From an uncultured Actinomycetota bacterium (GTDB lineage: Bacteria; Actinomycetota; Actinomycetes; Mycobacteriales; Mycobacteriaceae), in assembly GCA_963793055.1 (NCBI GenBank), contig CAWBYS010000018.1, positions 5,794 through 69,793 on the forward strand: 64,000 nt of DNA. The letters run 5' to 3'. The notes under the pieces are model-generated. The model was not told the DNA's origin and did no database searches. It saw only the letters and a program-made list of their open reading frames with translations. Below, one piece after another: positions 53,068 to 62,772 of the stretch (position 1 is its first letter; the number at the start of each line of letters is the position of its first letter). Position numbers and translations under genes: made by a program.

Positions 53068-53493
53068 GTGGGCACCACCGGCATTCGGGCCTTCACCTTC
53101 ACCCCGGACGAGGGCGTACCGCCGGCCGTTGCGCCGTTCGCCCATGCCACCGCCGCGGGGCCGACCCTATACGTGACCGGTCAGATGCCGACTGACAGCA
53201 CAGGAGCCGTCGTCGGCGCGGACGTCGCAACGCAGACCGATCAGGTGCTCCGCAATCTCCTTCGCGTCACCGAGTTGTGCGGCGGGGGGGTCGGCGATGT
53301 CGTCCAGGTGCGCGCCTACCTCATCGACTGGACCGACTACGAGGCCTTCAACACCGCCTATGCGGCTTGGTTTCCCGATCGGCTGCCATCGCGAACTTGT
53401 GTCGGAGTGACCGGCCTGGCGGTCGGAGCTCGCGTCGAGATCGACTGGGTGTGCTGGCGAAGCGACGGCTGGGGGACGACAATCGGGTCATGA
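53068..53493 (+). CDS. RidA/YjgF-family protein
   Basis: APFAHA, LYVTGQMP, FNTAY..F, PSRTCVGV, RVEID. Confidence 0.9.
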   Translation: MGTTGIRAFTFTPDEGVPPAVAPFAHATAAGPTLYVTGQMPTDSTGAVVGADVATQTDQVLRNLLRVTELCGGGVGDVVQVRAYLIDWTDYEAFNTAYAAWFPDRLPSRTCVGVTGLAVGARVEIDWVCWRSDGWGTTIGS

Positions 53494-53545
53494 AGGCCCG
53501 TGGGGCCGAAGGCTCCCGCGGCTTGGTCCCGCCGAGGAGGAGCCC

Positions 53546-54445
53546 ATGACCACCCTTTCTACAATCGCAGCCGTCGGCGCCGCCGGGATCGCCATGATCT
53601 GGGCAGCACTGCAGAACATCCGGGTGATCAAGCAGTTCGAACGGGGTGTCGTGTACCGCTTCGGACGGGTGCAAAGTCGCGTCCGCCAGCCTGGATTGAC
53701 GATGCTGATCCCCATCGTGGATCGCCTGCAGAAGGTGAACATGCAGATCATCACGATGCCGGTGCCGGCCCAGGACGGCATCACATGCGACAACGTGACC
53801 GTGCGTGTCGATGCGGTCGTCTACTTCCGGGTGGAGGACCCGGTTCGCGCGGCGGTCGACGTTCAGGACTACATGTCTGCGATCGGGCAGGTTGCGCAGA
53901 CATCGCTGCGCTCGATCATCGGCAAGAGCAATCTCGACGACCTGCTGTCCAATCGGGAGCGGCTGAACCAGGGCCTCGAATTGCTGATCGACAGCCCCGC
54001 GCTGGGCTGGGGAATCCAAATCGATCGAGTCGAGATTAAGGACGTTGTGCTGCCCGACTCGATGAAGCGCTCGATCGCCCGGCAGGCCGAGGCGGAGCGT
54101 GAACGACGGGCCCGTGTCATCACCGCCGACGGCGAACTGCAGGCGTCCGAGAAGCTCGCCCAGGCCGCCGAGGTGATGTCAGTAGACCCAGCAGCGCTGC
54201 AGCTGCGGCTACTGCAAACCGTGGTCGAGGTCGCCGCCGAGAAGAACTCCACACTGATCCTGCCCTTCCCGGTCGAGCTGCTGCGATTCCTGGAACGCTC
54301 GACACCGGCGCGTCGCGAGGAAGCCACCGCGTCCACCAACGACGAGATACCGGGACTGACCGCACCCGAGGTTCCCGATGATGTCCGCGGTATCTCGCTC
54401 ACCGAACCGGTGACGGGCAAGCGTTCCGGTCTTGCTGAGAGTTGA
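53546..54445 (+). CDS. SPFH/stomatin (slipin) family protein
   Basis: ERGVVYRFGR, VAQTSLRSIIG, RVEIKDV, RQAEAERERRA; SD GAGGAGG. Confidence 0.94.
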   Translation: MTTLSTIAAVGAAGIAMIWAALQNIRVIKQFERGVVYRFGRVQSRVRQPGLTMLIPIVDRLQKVNMQIITMPVPAQDGITCDNVTVRVDAVVYFRVEDPVRAAVDVQDYMSAIGQVAQTSLRSIIGKSNLDDLLSNRERLNQGLELLIDSPALGWGIQIDRVEIKDVVLPDSMKRSIARQAEAERERRARVITADGELQASEKLAQAAEVMSVDPAALQLRLLQTVVEVAAEKNSTLILPFPVELLRFLERSTPARREEATASTNDEIPGLTAPEVPDDVRGISLTEPVTGKRSGLAES

Positions 54446-54501
54446 ACTTTCCTGCCGCGCGGACCGTGGTCAAGGGAGCAACCAATCGCATCGGGGCCGA
54501 T

Positions 54502-55584
54502 ATGCGCGCGCGAATTCGTTCATCCGTCGCCGCGGGGATCGCGGTGGTCGGAGTCGTCGCGCTCGCCATCGCGCCTCCGGCGTCCCCGCGGTCGGTGACG
54601 CGCGATGTTCGGCTGGCCGCCGCTCCGGCGCTTGGTGCCATTCCATTTGCCTTCATCCGCAATCAGCTCCAATACTGCAGTTTGATCTGTCCGCATGCCC
54701 TCGGAGGCGCCGTCACAGTGCCCATCGCCGCGGCGCAGACACCGGTAACAGCGCTCGGCTCGCTCGTCTCGACAGGATCTCCGCTCAAAGCGGTGGGCGT
54801 CGCGGCGGCATCAGTGACGGGCGCCGCCAACGCCGCGCTGACGCCGCTGATCGACAATGACGTCTTCCTGGTGGTGCCGAAGGCATTTCACGCACTCGAC
54901 GTGGCCGTCGTAGAGGTGGTCAACATCGGTGCAACGGTGTCGACGCCGGGCCAATTCACCGAGGTGCTCCAGCGCGGGCGGGCAAACATTCGCGACGCCT
55001 TGGATTCCCCGGTGGGATCGCCGACAACCCCGACGGGCGCTCGCAACATAGTCCAGGTGGCTTCCGTCGAGGCGATCAACGTCACGACGGCGGTGGCGTT
55101 CCAGGCCGGTGAACTACTGCTGGCGGGCGTTGTTCAGACTGCCGACGCCTCAGCGCAGGAACTGGCGCGCTCAGGCGATCCGGTGGCGGCGCTCGCGGCC
55201 GGCGCGGCACGGGCCCGGGCGGTGCTCGACCGGTCGAGTGTGCCCGTCGTCGCGGCCGTCGACACGGCGGTGACCAACATCGGCAACTCGCTGCACGATC
55301 CCTTCCCCTCAGTCGCGCCGGGCACGGCGATCTCGAAGCACCCGACCGTCGATATCTCGGAATCCTTCAACCAGTCAACAGAATCGAAGCGCGAGCCGAC
55401 GGACTCCGAAGTCACGGCGAAGAAGCGTCAGTCCACTTCGGGTTCGTCGCCGTCATCGTCATCGTCATCGAGGTCCGCGACGGGTTCGACGTCGGCGTCG
55501 GCTTCGGCCACCGGTGATGTTTCCAACGACAGCGCCACACCGAGTGCCAAGAAGAACACGATGAACAACGAGCCGCCGAGATAG
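54502..55584 (+). CDS. Hypothetical exported Ala-rich mycobacterial protein
   Basis: N-term AAGIAVVGVVALAIAP..RDVRLAA, YCSLICP; Ser/Thr tail overlapping the convergent gene. Confidence 0.7.
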   Translation: MRARIRSSVAAGIAVVGVVALAIAPPASPRSVTRDVRLAAAPALGAIPFAFIRNQLQYCSLICPHALGGAVTVPIAAAQTPVTALGSLVSTGSPLKAVGVAAASVTGAANAALTPLIDNDVFLVVPKAFHALDVAVVEVVNIGATVSTPGQFTEVLQRGRANIRDALDSPVGSPTTPTGARNIVQVASVEAINVTTAVAFQAGELLLAGVVQTADASAQELARSGDPVAALAAGAARARAVLDRSSVPVVAAVDTAVTNIGNSLHDPFPSVAPGTAISKHPTVDISESFNQSTESKREPTDSEVTAKKRQSTSGSSPSSSSSSRSATGSTSASASATGDVSNDSATPSAKKNTMNNEPPR

Positions 55585-56141
55585 ATGTTCATCGGGCCGC
55601 CGGGCGAGATGAAGCTTGCCGGAGGTCCGATGATCGTGATCGTCTCGATCAACTGCTCGACGGCGAAGACGGCCGCGACGATCCCGAGCCATCTCGGTAA
55701 CCGACCTTCGTTGGCGGCCAACAGGACCGGCACGGCGACCATGATGTCGGCGATCGTCAGCATCGGTCCCCACATCGCCGCGATGTCGGAGACGGTTCGC
55801 GCGGTCGCAGAGCCGAGTTGGTCGGGGTGCAGGGCGAGTCCCGCGGTGAACCACATCTCTATGCCGGTTTGGACGAGCAGCACCGCCGAACCGATCGTGA
55901 ACACGTGTGCCGGCGGTCCCGTCAGCCGGTCGCGGGCATAGCCGAGCAGCACCACGAGGGCCAGGGATCCGAATGCCACCAACAGCGCCTGCGCCCGCAT
56001 CGCCGCGGCGTGCTCGTTGACGTACGAGACGATGTCGTACCCGGGCTTGTCGATGCCGGGCAGCGTCGGGACCATCACCAGCGCAACCGTGAACAACACC
56101 GCGAATGCGATACCGGCGATCATCGGGGTACGACGATCCAT
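55428..56141 (-). CDS. Hypothetical multi-pass membrane protein
   Basis: About 6 hydrophobic segments, LPRWLG motif, acidic tail; SD GGGAG. Confidence 0.8.
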   Translation of the reverse strand: MDRRTPMIAGIAFAVLFTVALVMVPTLPGIDKPGYDIVSYVNEHAAAMRAQALLVAFGSLALVVLLGYARDRLTGPPAHVFTIGSAVLLVQTGIEMWFTAGLALHPDQLGSATARTVSDIAAMWGPMLTIADIMVAVPVLLAANEGRLPRWLGIVAAVFAVEQLIETITIIGPPASFISPGGPMNIYLGGSLFIVFFLALGVALSLETSPVAEADADVEPVADLDDDDDDGDEPEVD

Positions 56142-56298
56142 GCTGCACTCCCTGTGTGCCGCGGCGACGGTCGGCGCGGGGCGTCAGCGAATCATCGTAA
56201 TGAAAGGATCCATCCACAACCGCGATTTCATCCCCAGCACCCGCGGCGTGTCACCGCGGACGGCCCGAACAGTCCGTGCCGACGCCTAGCTTGAGCGC

Positions 56299-57129
56299 AT
56301 GCGAACCGAACTGCCGGCCGAGCGTCTGCATCGCCGCCTCGGCGGAGAATCCGAGGCTGAAACCGGCGACGGCGATGGCGATGGCGATGGCGACCAGTCC
56401 GACACACTGTTGTCGCGGTGGCTGCCCGATTCCAACTCGGCCGGGCCGTCCAAATGGATCGCCGCCGTGCGGGCGGACCCCGGTCGCACCGGGGTGATCG
56501 CGTTGGCGGCTGTCGGGGTGGTCGCCGTGTTGGTGACGGTGTTCACCCTTGTGCGCGACAAACCACCTCCGGTCGTCTCGGCGGATCTGCCACCGGTGCA
56601 GATGGTTTCATCGGCGAGTCCCACGCCGAGCGCCTCCGCGCCCCAACCGGGAGCGCCCGTGATCGTCAGCGTCGTAGGACTTGTGCACAAGCCCGGATTG
56701 GTCACCGTCGATGCAGGCGCCCGCGTCGCCGACGCGCTCGCCGCTGCAGGCGGACCGCTGGACGACGCAGACCTGTTGGGGCTCAACATGGCCAGGCGCG
56801 TCGCCGACGGTGAGCAGATCGTGGTGGGCATCGCGGCCGCACCCGGCGAGCCGACCGCCATGGGCAGCTCGATCAGCGCCGGCTCCAGCCCCACGCCAGC
56901 CGCACCACCGCCATCCGGCGACAGCGCGCCCGCTGGGAGTTCCGTGGATCTCAACGCCGCAACCGTCGAGCAACTCGACACCCTGCCCGGGATCGGCCCC
57001 GTGATGGCAGCCGCGATCGTGGCGTGGCGCGACGCCAACGGGCGATTCAGCAGCGTCGACCAACTCGGTGAGGTGGACGGCATCGGGCCGGCGCGGCTGG
57101 AGAAGCTGCGCGCTCTGGTCCATGTGTGA
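56299..57129 (+). CDS. comEA: ComEA-family DNA-binding protein
   Basis: TM helix, SLBB (VSVVGLVHKPG..RVADAL), HhH LDTLPGIGP..EVDGIGP. Confidence 0.94.
   Translation: MRTELPAERLHRRLGGESEAETGDGDGDGDGDQSDTLLSRWLPDSNSAGPSKWIAAVRADPGRTGVIALAAVGVVAVLVTVFTLVRDKPPPVVSADLPPVQMVSSASPTPSASAPQPGAPVIVSVVGLVHKPGLVTVDAGARVADALAAAGGPLDDADLLGLNMARRVADGEQIVVGIAAAPGEPTAMGSSISAGSSPTPAAPPPSGDSAPAGSSVDLNAATVEQLDTLPGIGPVMAAAIVAWRDANGRFSSVDQLGEVDGIGPARLEKLRALVHV
56365..56394 (+). repeat. In-frame 6-bp microsatellite (GGCGAY)x5
   Basis: GGCGAC GGCGAT GGCGAT GGCGAT GGCGAC encoding (GD)5 in ComEA. Confidence 0.7.
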
Positions 57130-58682
57130 CCTCGACGGACGCCGGCCATGCCCGGCTCGACCTTCGGCTGGTCCCAGCGGCGCTCACCAGCTGGGCGGTC
57201 ACTGCGGCCGGAATTCTCTGGTACATAACCGGATTGGTCGTCACCGCAACTGCGGCGGTGGTGGTGGCCGCCGCGGCGGCGTGGTGGAGCCGTCGCCGTT
57301 GGCCACGGTCCGATGAAAGCCAGCGGTCAGTCGGTGCGAGCATCGCCGCGGTCGCGGTTGTCGGTGCCGCGTTCGCGATCGCCATCGGATTACGCGTCGA
57401 TGCGCTGCAGCACCATCCGGTCGCGCAACGCTATGGCACGGTCGCCACCGTCGCCGTCACGGCGAATGAGAGCCCGCGGCCGCTCGGCGGCAACCGGACC
57501 GTGTTCCGTGCATCCTTTCGGGCGCTCGACGGGCGTCAAACAAGCGGGCGCGTGATCGTTTTCGCGTCGGCCGCCGACTTCGCGGCCGTGTCCGCAGGCC
57601 GTCCGATGAGCTTTCGCGCCCGTGTCGGACGGCCGACGCGGCGCGACTTGTCCGTGGCGGTGTTGTCGGCGACCGGCAAGCCGACATGGGGTGAGGCGAC
57701 ACCGGTTCAGCGGGCGGCGGCCGATATCCGTTCCGGTTTCGCCGAGGCCGCCCGCGCGGCATTGCCCACTGACCAGGAGGCGATGCTGCCCGCGCTGGTG
57801 CTCGGGGACACGTCGGCCGTGACGGAGCAGACCACCGCGGAGTTCCGCACGTCGGGTCTGACCCACCTGACCGCGGTGTCGGGCGCCAACGTGACGATCG
57901 TGTGCGGCGCGGTGCTGTTCACCGCCGGCCTGGTCGGCCCGCGGCTGGCCGTCGCCTTCGCCGCGCTCGCCTTGATCGCGTTCGTCATCGTCGTTGCGCC
58001 CTCGGCGAGCGTACTGCGCGCGGCGGTCATGGGCGGGATCACCCTGCTGGCTGTGGTGTCACACCGGCGCCGCCAAGCCATTCCGGCGTTGTCGACCGCT
58101 GTGCTGACGTTGATGATCGCCACACCGGAATTGGCCGTCGACGTGGGGTTCGCCCTGTCCGTCTTGGCCACGGCGGCATTGGTGGTCGTCGCGCCGGTGT
58201 GGTCGCAGCGCCTGGTCGGTCGCGGATGGCCGAAACCGCTTGCAGGCGCGGTGAGCGTCGCGGCCGCAGCGCAACTGGTGACGGCGCCGCTGGTCGCTGG
58301 GATTTCGGGCAGCTTCAGCGTCGTCTCCGTCGCGGCCAACCTCGCCGTCGCCGCGGTGATCCCGCTGATCACGGTGATCGGCACGACTGCCGCGGCGCTG
58401 TATCCGCTCTGGCCCGCGGGCGCGGAGCTGCTGATCCGGTTCACCGGGCCCGAACTGTGGTGGCTGTTGGGCGTGGCTCGGTGCGCGGCGGTGGTGCCCG
58501 GGGCGTCGCTGGCCGTGCCGTCGGGTCTGCCCGGCGTCGTCGTGGTTGCTGCGGTCGGCGTCGCGGCGGTGGTGTTGTGGCGGTGGCGGTGGGCGAGGGT
58601 CGGAATGGGTGCGGGCGCGCTGTGCCTCATGGCGTGGACGGTGTCGGGACTGTCGGGCGGCCATGACACGATCGGGGGGTGA
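57126..58682 (+). CDS. comEC: ComEC/Rec2-family membrane protein (no metallo-beta-lactamase domain)
   Basis: [31 protein letters not shown]. Confidence 0.92.
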   Translation: MTSTDAGHARLDLRLVPAALTSWAVTAAGILWYITGLVVTATAAVVVAAAAAWWSRRRWPRSDESQRSVGASIAAVAVVGAAFAIAIGLRVDALQHHPVAQRYGTVATVAVTANESPRPLGGNRTVFRASFRALDGRQTSGRVIVFASAADFAAVSAGRPMSFRARVGRPTRRDLSVAVLSATGKPTWGEATPVQRAAADIRSGFAEAARAALPTDQEAMLPALVLGDTSAVTEQTTAEFRTSGLTHLTAVSGANVTIVCGAVLFTAGLVGPRLAVAFAALALIAFVIVVAPSASVLRAAVMGGITLLAVVSHRRRQAIPALSTAVLTLMIATPELAVDVGFALSVLATAALVVVAPVWSQRLVGRGWPKPLAGAVSVAAAAQLVTAPLVAGISGSFSVVSVAANLAVAAVIPLITVIGTTAAALYPLWPAGAELLIRFTGPELWWLLGVARCAAVVPGASLAVPSGLPGVVVVAAVGVAAVVLWRWRWARVGMGAGALCLMAWTVSGLSGGHDTIGG

Positions 58683-59641
58683 GTGAGGAGGAGTCGCGAC
58701 TGCACCTCGTGCTGGGCGACGAAGAGCTGCTCGTCGAACGCGCCGTTGCGGCGGTGCTACGTGAAGCGCGCAAGCAATCGGGCACCGACGATGTCCCGGT
58801 CAACCGCCTGCGTGCGGGTGAGGTCTCCACCGGCGAACTCGCCGAACTGCTCAGCCCGTCGCTGTTCGCCGACGAGCGCGTGGTGGTGCTCGAGGCCGCT
58901 GCGGAAGCCGGCAAGGATGCGGTCACCCTCATTGCCGACGCCGCCGCCGAACTGCCGACAGGCACCGTGCTGGTCGTGGTGCACTCCGGCGGCGGGCGCG
59001 CAAAGGCCCTCGCGGATCAGCTCAAAAGCTATGGTGCACAAGTTCATCCATGCGCACGTATCACGAAGGCCACCGAACGCGCCGACTTCGTGCGGCGTGA
59101 ATTCCGCGCATTGAAGGCCAAGGTCAGCGACGACACCGTGACCGCTGTCCTCGATGCGGTCGGCTCCGACATCCGCGAATTGGCGTCGGCCTGCTCACAA
59201 TTGGTCGCTGATACCGATGGTGTGGTCGACGCGGTCGCCGTGCGCCGATACCACTCGGGCAAAGCCGAGGTGAAGGGCTTCGACATCGCCGACAAGGCGG
59301 TCGTCGGCGACGTCGCCGGCGCCGCTGAGGCGCTGCGGTGGGCGATGATGAGCGGGGAACCGCATGTGGTGCTGGCCGACGCGCTGGCCGAGGCCGTGCA
59401 CGCCATCGCAAGGGTGGGACCGTTGTCCGGGGACCCCTACCGGTTGGCCGCCGAATTGGGCATGCCGCCGTGGCGTGTGCAGAAAGCACAGAAGCAGGCA
59501 CGGCGATGGTCACGTACCTCGGTCGCCGAGGCGATGCAGCTAGTCGCGGCGCTCAATGCAGATGTCAAGGGTGCGGCAGCCGACGCCGACTATGCCCTGG
59601 AAGCCGCCGTGCGCAAAGTGGCCGAACTCGCCGCGGATTAG
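58679..59641 (+). CDS. holA: DNA polymerase III delta subunit
   Basis: [30 protein letters not shown]; synteny comEC-holA-rpsT. Confidence 0.95.
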   Translation: MSEEESRLHLVLGDEELLVERAVAAVLREARKQSGTDDVPVNRLRAGEVSTGELAELLSPSLFADERVVVLEAAAEAGKDAVTLIADAAAELPTGTVLVVVHSGGGRAKALADQLKSYGAQVHPCARITKATERADFVRREFRALKAKVSDDTVTAVLDAVGSDIRELASACSQLVADTDGVVDAVAVRRYHSGKAEVKGFDIADKAVVGDVAGAAEALRWAMMSGEPHVVLADALAEAVHAIARVGPLSGDPYRLAAELGMPPWRVQKAQKQARRWSRTSVAEAMQLVAALNADVKGAAADADYALEAAVRKVAELAAD

Positions 59642-59673
59642 CGGCACGTTCGATCAGACAAACGGGCGAAAGC

Positions 59674-59934
59674 TCAGATCTTGTTGAGCGCGCGGGCCAG
59701 CGCCGACTTGCGGTTGGCGGCCTGGTTCTTGTGGATGACGCCCTTGCTGGCGGCCTTGTCGAGCTTGCGGCTGGTCGACAGCAGCAACTCGCCGGCCTTC
59801 TCCTTGTCGCCGGACTCGATGGCCTCGCGGAATCCGCGCACCGCCGTGTGCAGCGACGACTTCACCGACTTGTTGCGCACTCGGCGCCGCTCGTTGGTGC
59901 GGATGCGCTTTTCCTGCGACTTGATGTTGGCCAC
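59674..59934 (-). CDS. rpsT: 30S ribosomal protein S20
   Basis: [24 protein letters not shown]. Confidence 0.99.
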   Translation of the reverse strand: MANIKSQEKRIRTNERRRVRNKSVKSSLHTAVRGFREAIESGDKEKAGELLLSTSRKLDKAASKGVIHKNQAANRKSALARALNKI

Positions 59935-60093
59935 GCGTTAGTTCCTTCGTAAATCCAGCTTGGGGTGCACTCGGGTGAGACAAAAGTCTGTAGGCGCCCG
60001 GCAGGCGGGCAGCGAGGGTTCAGATTACCAGCGTAGGGGGTAAATGCCCAAAGTGAGCCTTCTGGCCTGCCGAAACGGTCCAGGTGGTGCAGC

Positions 60094-61749
60094 ATGTCAA
60101 TGGTGAGCCTCCGCACCCTGCCGCCCCAAACCGCACGTCCGTCGCGCAACAACGGGAAGGCGTCCAAACGCTACGAGGGTGTTTTCGACGGCTACAACGA
60201 TCTGGGCACCTACTCGGCCGCCTTCGACGAGATGTTCGATGCCCAGGGCAACGTCCGCGGACCCTACAAGGGCATCTATGCCGAGCTTGCCCCGTCGGAC
60301 GCCTCGGAGTTGGGCGCGCGCAGCGAGGCGCTCGGCAGGGCCTTCATCGACCAGGGCATCACCTTCTCGCTGTCGGGTCAGGAGCGGCCGTTTCCGCTCG
60401 ATCTCGTGCCGCGAGTGATCTCGGCCGCGGAGTGGACGCGGCTGGAACGCGGCATCACGCAGCGGGTCAAGGCGCTGGAGCATTACCTCGACGACATCTA
60501 CGGCGAGCAGGAGATTCTGCGCGACGGCGTCATCCCGCGCCGCCTGGTCACGTCGTGTGAGCATTTCCACCGCGCAGCGGCGGGCATCACGCCGCCCAAC
60601 GGCGTGCGCATCCATGTTGCGGGCATCGACTTGATCCGCGACGCCAAGGGCGACTGGCGGGTGCTCGAGGACAACCTGCGCTCGCCCTCCGGTGTCTCCT
60701 ACGTGATGGAGAACCGGCGCACGATGGCCCGCGTCTTCCCGAACCTGTTCGCCACCCATCGCGTCCGGGCGGTCGGCGACTACTCGTCGCACCTGTTGCG
60801 CGCGCTGCGCAATGCGGCCGCGAACAACGTCGCCGACCCCACCGTGGTCGTGCTCACTCCCGGCGTCTACAACTCGGCCTACTTCGAGCACTCGCTGCTG
60901 GCCCGGCAGATGGGCGTGGAACTCGTCGAGGGCCGCGACCTGTTCTGTCGCGACAACACGGTGTACATGCGCACGACGGAAGGGGAGCGGCAGGTCGACG
61001 TCATCTACCGCCGTATCGACGACGCCTTCCTCGACCCGATGCAGTTTCGGCCCGACTCGGTGCTCGGGGTGGCGGGCCTGCTCAATGCCGCGCGCGCGGG
61101 CAACGTCGTGATCTCGAGTGCGGTGGGCAACGGCGTCGGCGACGACAAGCTCGTCTACACCTACGTCCCGACCATCATCGAGTACTACCTCGGCGAGAAG
61201 CCGCTGCTGGCCAACGTCGACACCTTCCGGTGCTGGCTTGACGACGAATGCGAAGAAGTCCTCGACCGCGTCGACGAACTGGTGATCAAACCCGTCGAAG
61301 GGTCTGGAGGCTACGGCATCGTGTTCGGCCCCGATGCGTCCGAGAAAGAACTCGCCGCGATCAGCAAGAAGATCCGCGCCGATCCGCGCGGCTGGATCGC
61401 CCAGCCTGTCATGCAGTTGTCCACCGTGCCCACGCAGATCGACAACAAGCTGGCACCACGCCACGTCGACCTGCGCCCGTTCGCGGTCAACGACGGCGAC
61501 GACGTCTGGGTGCTGCCGGGTGGACTGACCCGTGTCGCGTTGCCCGAGGGTTCCCTCGTCGTCAACTCGAGTCAGGGCGGCGGGTCGAAAGACACCTGGG
61601 TGCTGGCCTCGCGGGCGTCGGTCGCCGACCGTGAACTGGCGGCCGCCGAGGTGGTCCGTTCGCTGCCCAAGGCGGCCAAGACACCGAGATCTGATAACGG
61701 CTCCGACAACTCGTCGCAGCAACAGCAGCAACAGCAGCAGTCAGCGTAG
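60094..61749 (+). CDS. Circularly permuted type 2 ATP-grasp protein (Rv2411c-like)
   Basis: VLEDNLRSPSGVSY, NSAYFEH, VDVIYRRIDD, KPVEGSGGYG, PGGLTRVA, VVNSSQGGGSKDTW; start may be 60100 or 60103; poly-Gln tail. Confidence 0.96.
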   Translation: MSMVSLRTLPPQTARPSRNNGKASKRYEGVFDGYNDLGTYSAAFDEMFDAQGNVRGPYKGIYAELAPSDASELGARSEALGRAFIDQGITFSLSGQERPFPLDLVPRVISAAEWTRLERGITQRVKALEHYLDDIYGEQEILRDGVIPRRLVTSCEHFHRAAAGITPPNGVRIHVAGIDLIRDAKGDWRVLEDNLRSPSGVSYVMENRRTMARVFPNLFATHRVRAVGDYSSHLLRALRNAAANNVADPTVVVLTPGVYNSAYFEHSLLARQMGVELVEGRDLFCRDNTVYMRTTEGERQVDVIYRRIDDAFLDPMQFRPDSVLGVAGLLNAARAGNVVISSAVGNGVGDDKLVYTYVPTIIEYYLGEKPLLANVDTFRCWLDDECEEVLDRVDELVIKPVEGSGGYGIVFGPDASEKELAAISKKIRADPRGWIAQPVMQLSTVPTQIDNKLAPRHVDLRPFAVNDGDDVWVLPGGLTRVALPEGSLVVNSSQGGGSKDTWVLASRASVADRELAAAEVVRSLPKAAKTPRSDNGSDNSSQQQQQQQQSA

Positions 61750-61762
61750 GGCGGTGATCTTG

Positions 61763-61795
61763 CCGATGAGCGCCTGCGCGAAGAGGAGACAGTGA
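61763..61795 (+). repeat. MIRU-like intergenic repeat, copy 2, with mini-ORF MSACAKRRQ
   Basis: CCGATGAGCGCCTGCGCGAAGAGGA; TGA 61793-61795 overlaps ATG 61795. Confidence 0.7.
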
Positions 61796-62772
61796 TGCTG
61801 GCTCGCAACGCCGAATCCCTCTACTGGATAGGCCGTTACGTCGAACGCGCCGACGACACTGCGCGCATTCTCGACGTGACGGTCCATCAGCTGCTCGAGG
61901 ACTCCAGCGTCGACCCCGACCAGGCCTCGCGCACCCTGCTTCGGGTGCTGGGCATCGAGCCGCCCGACGGGCCCTTGGACGTATGGTCGCTGACCGACAT
62001 CGTCGCGTTCAGCCGTGATACTCAGGGCGCATGCTCGATTGTCGAGGCGATCTCGGCCGCGCGCGAAAACGCCCGCGGTGCACGCGAAGTCACGTCGACC
62101 GAGATCTGGGAGTGCCTCAACACGACCTTCAACGCACTGGCCGAACGCGAGCGTGCCGCCAAACGGCTTGGGCCGCATGAGTTCTTGTCGTTCGTCGAGG
62201 GCCGGGCCGCGATGTTCGCCGGGCTGGCGGACTCCACGTTGTCCCGCGACGACGGCTACCGGTTCATGGTGCTGGGCCGCGCACTCGAGCGGGTCGACAT
62301 GACCGTGCGGCTCCTGCTGTCCCGTGTCGGGGACAGTGGCTCCTCGCCCGCATGGGTCACAGTGTTGCGTTCGGCCGGCGCGCACGACACCTACCTGCGG
62401 ACGTACCGGGGTGCGATGGACGCGGGCCGGGTGGTCGAGTTCATCCTGCTCGACCGGCTTTTCCCGCGGTCGATCTTCTACTCGCTACGACTGGCCGAAC
62501 ACAGCCTCGACGAACTGATGAAACGGCCCCACGACCGCCTCGGCGCCACCGCCGAGGCGCAGCGGCTGCTCGGTCGCGCGCGCAGCGAGCTGGAGTTCCT
62601 TCGACCGGGCGTGCTGCTGGAATCGCTTGAACAGCACCTGGCAGGTCTGCAGGAGACCTGCAGCGAGGTCGGGGAGGCGTTGGCGCTGCAGTACTTCCAC
62701 TCCGCGCCATGGGTGGCCTGGCACGACGCCGGTCACAACGGTGCACTGGTGGTCGAGGAAGGTGAGATCTAG
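61795..62772 (+). CDS. Alpha-E domain protein (DUF403, Rv2410c-like)
   Basis: MLARNAESLYWIGRYVERADDTAR, ARENAR, GRALERVD, FPRSI. Confidence 0.95.
   Translation: MLARNAESLYWIGRYVERADDTARILDVTVHQLLEDSSVDPDQASRTLLRVLGIEPPDGPLDVWSLTDIVAFSRDTQGACSIVEAISAARENARGAREVTSTEIWECLNTTFNALAERERAAKRLGPHEFLSFVEGRAAMFAGLADSTLSRDDGYRFMVLGRALERVDMTVRLLLSRVGDSGSSPAWVTVLRSAGAHDTYLRTYRGAMDAGRVVEFILLDRLFPRSIFYSLRLAEHSLDELMKRPHDRLGATAEAQRLLGRARSELEFLRPGVLLESLEQHLAGLQETCSEVGEALALQYFHSAPWVAWHDAGHNGALVVEEGEI

Noticed and set aside
56299-58682. Competence genes as a sign of a novel DNA uptake system
   Set aside because: comEA-comEC-holA is standard mycobacterial synteny, including the short ComEC; no pilus genes here
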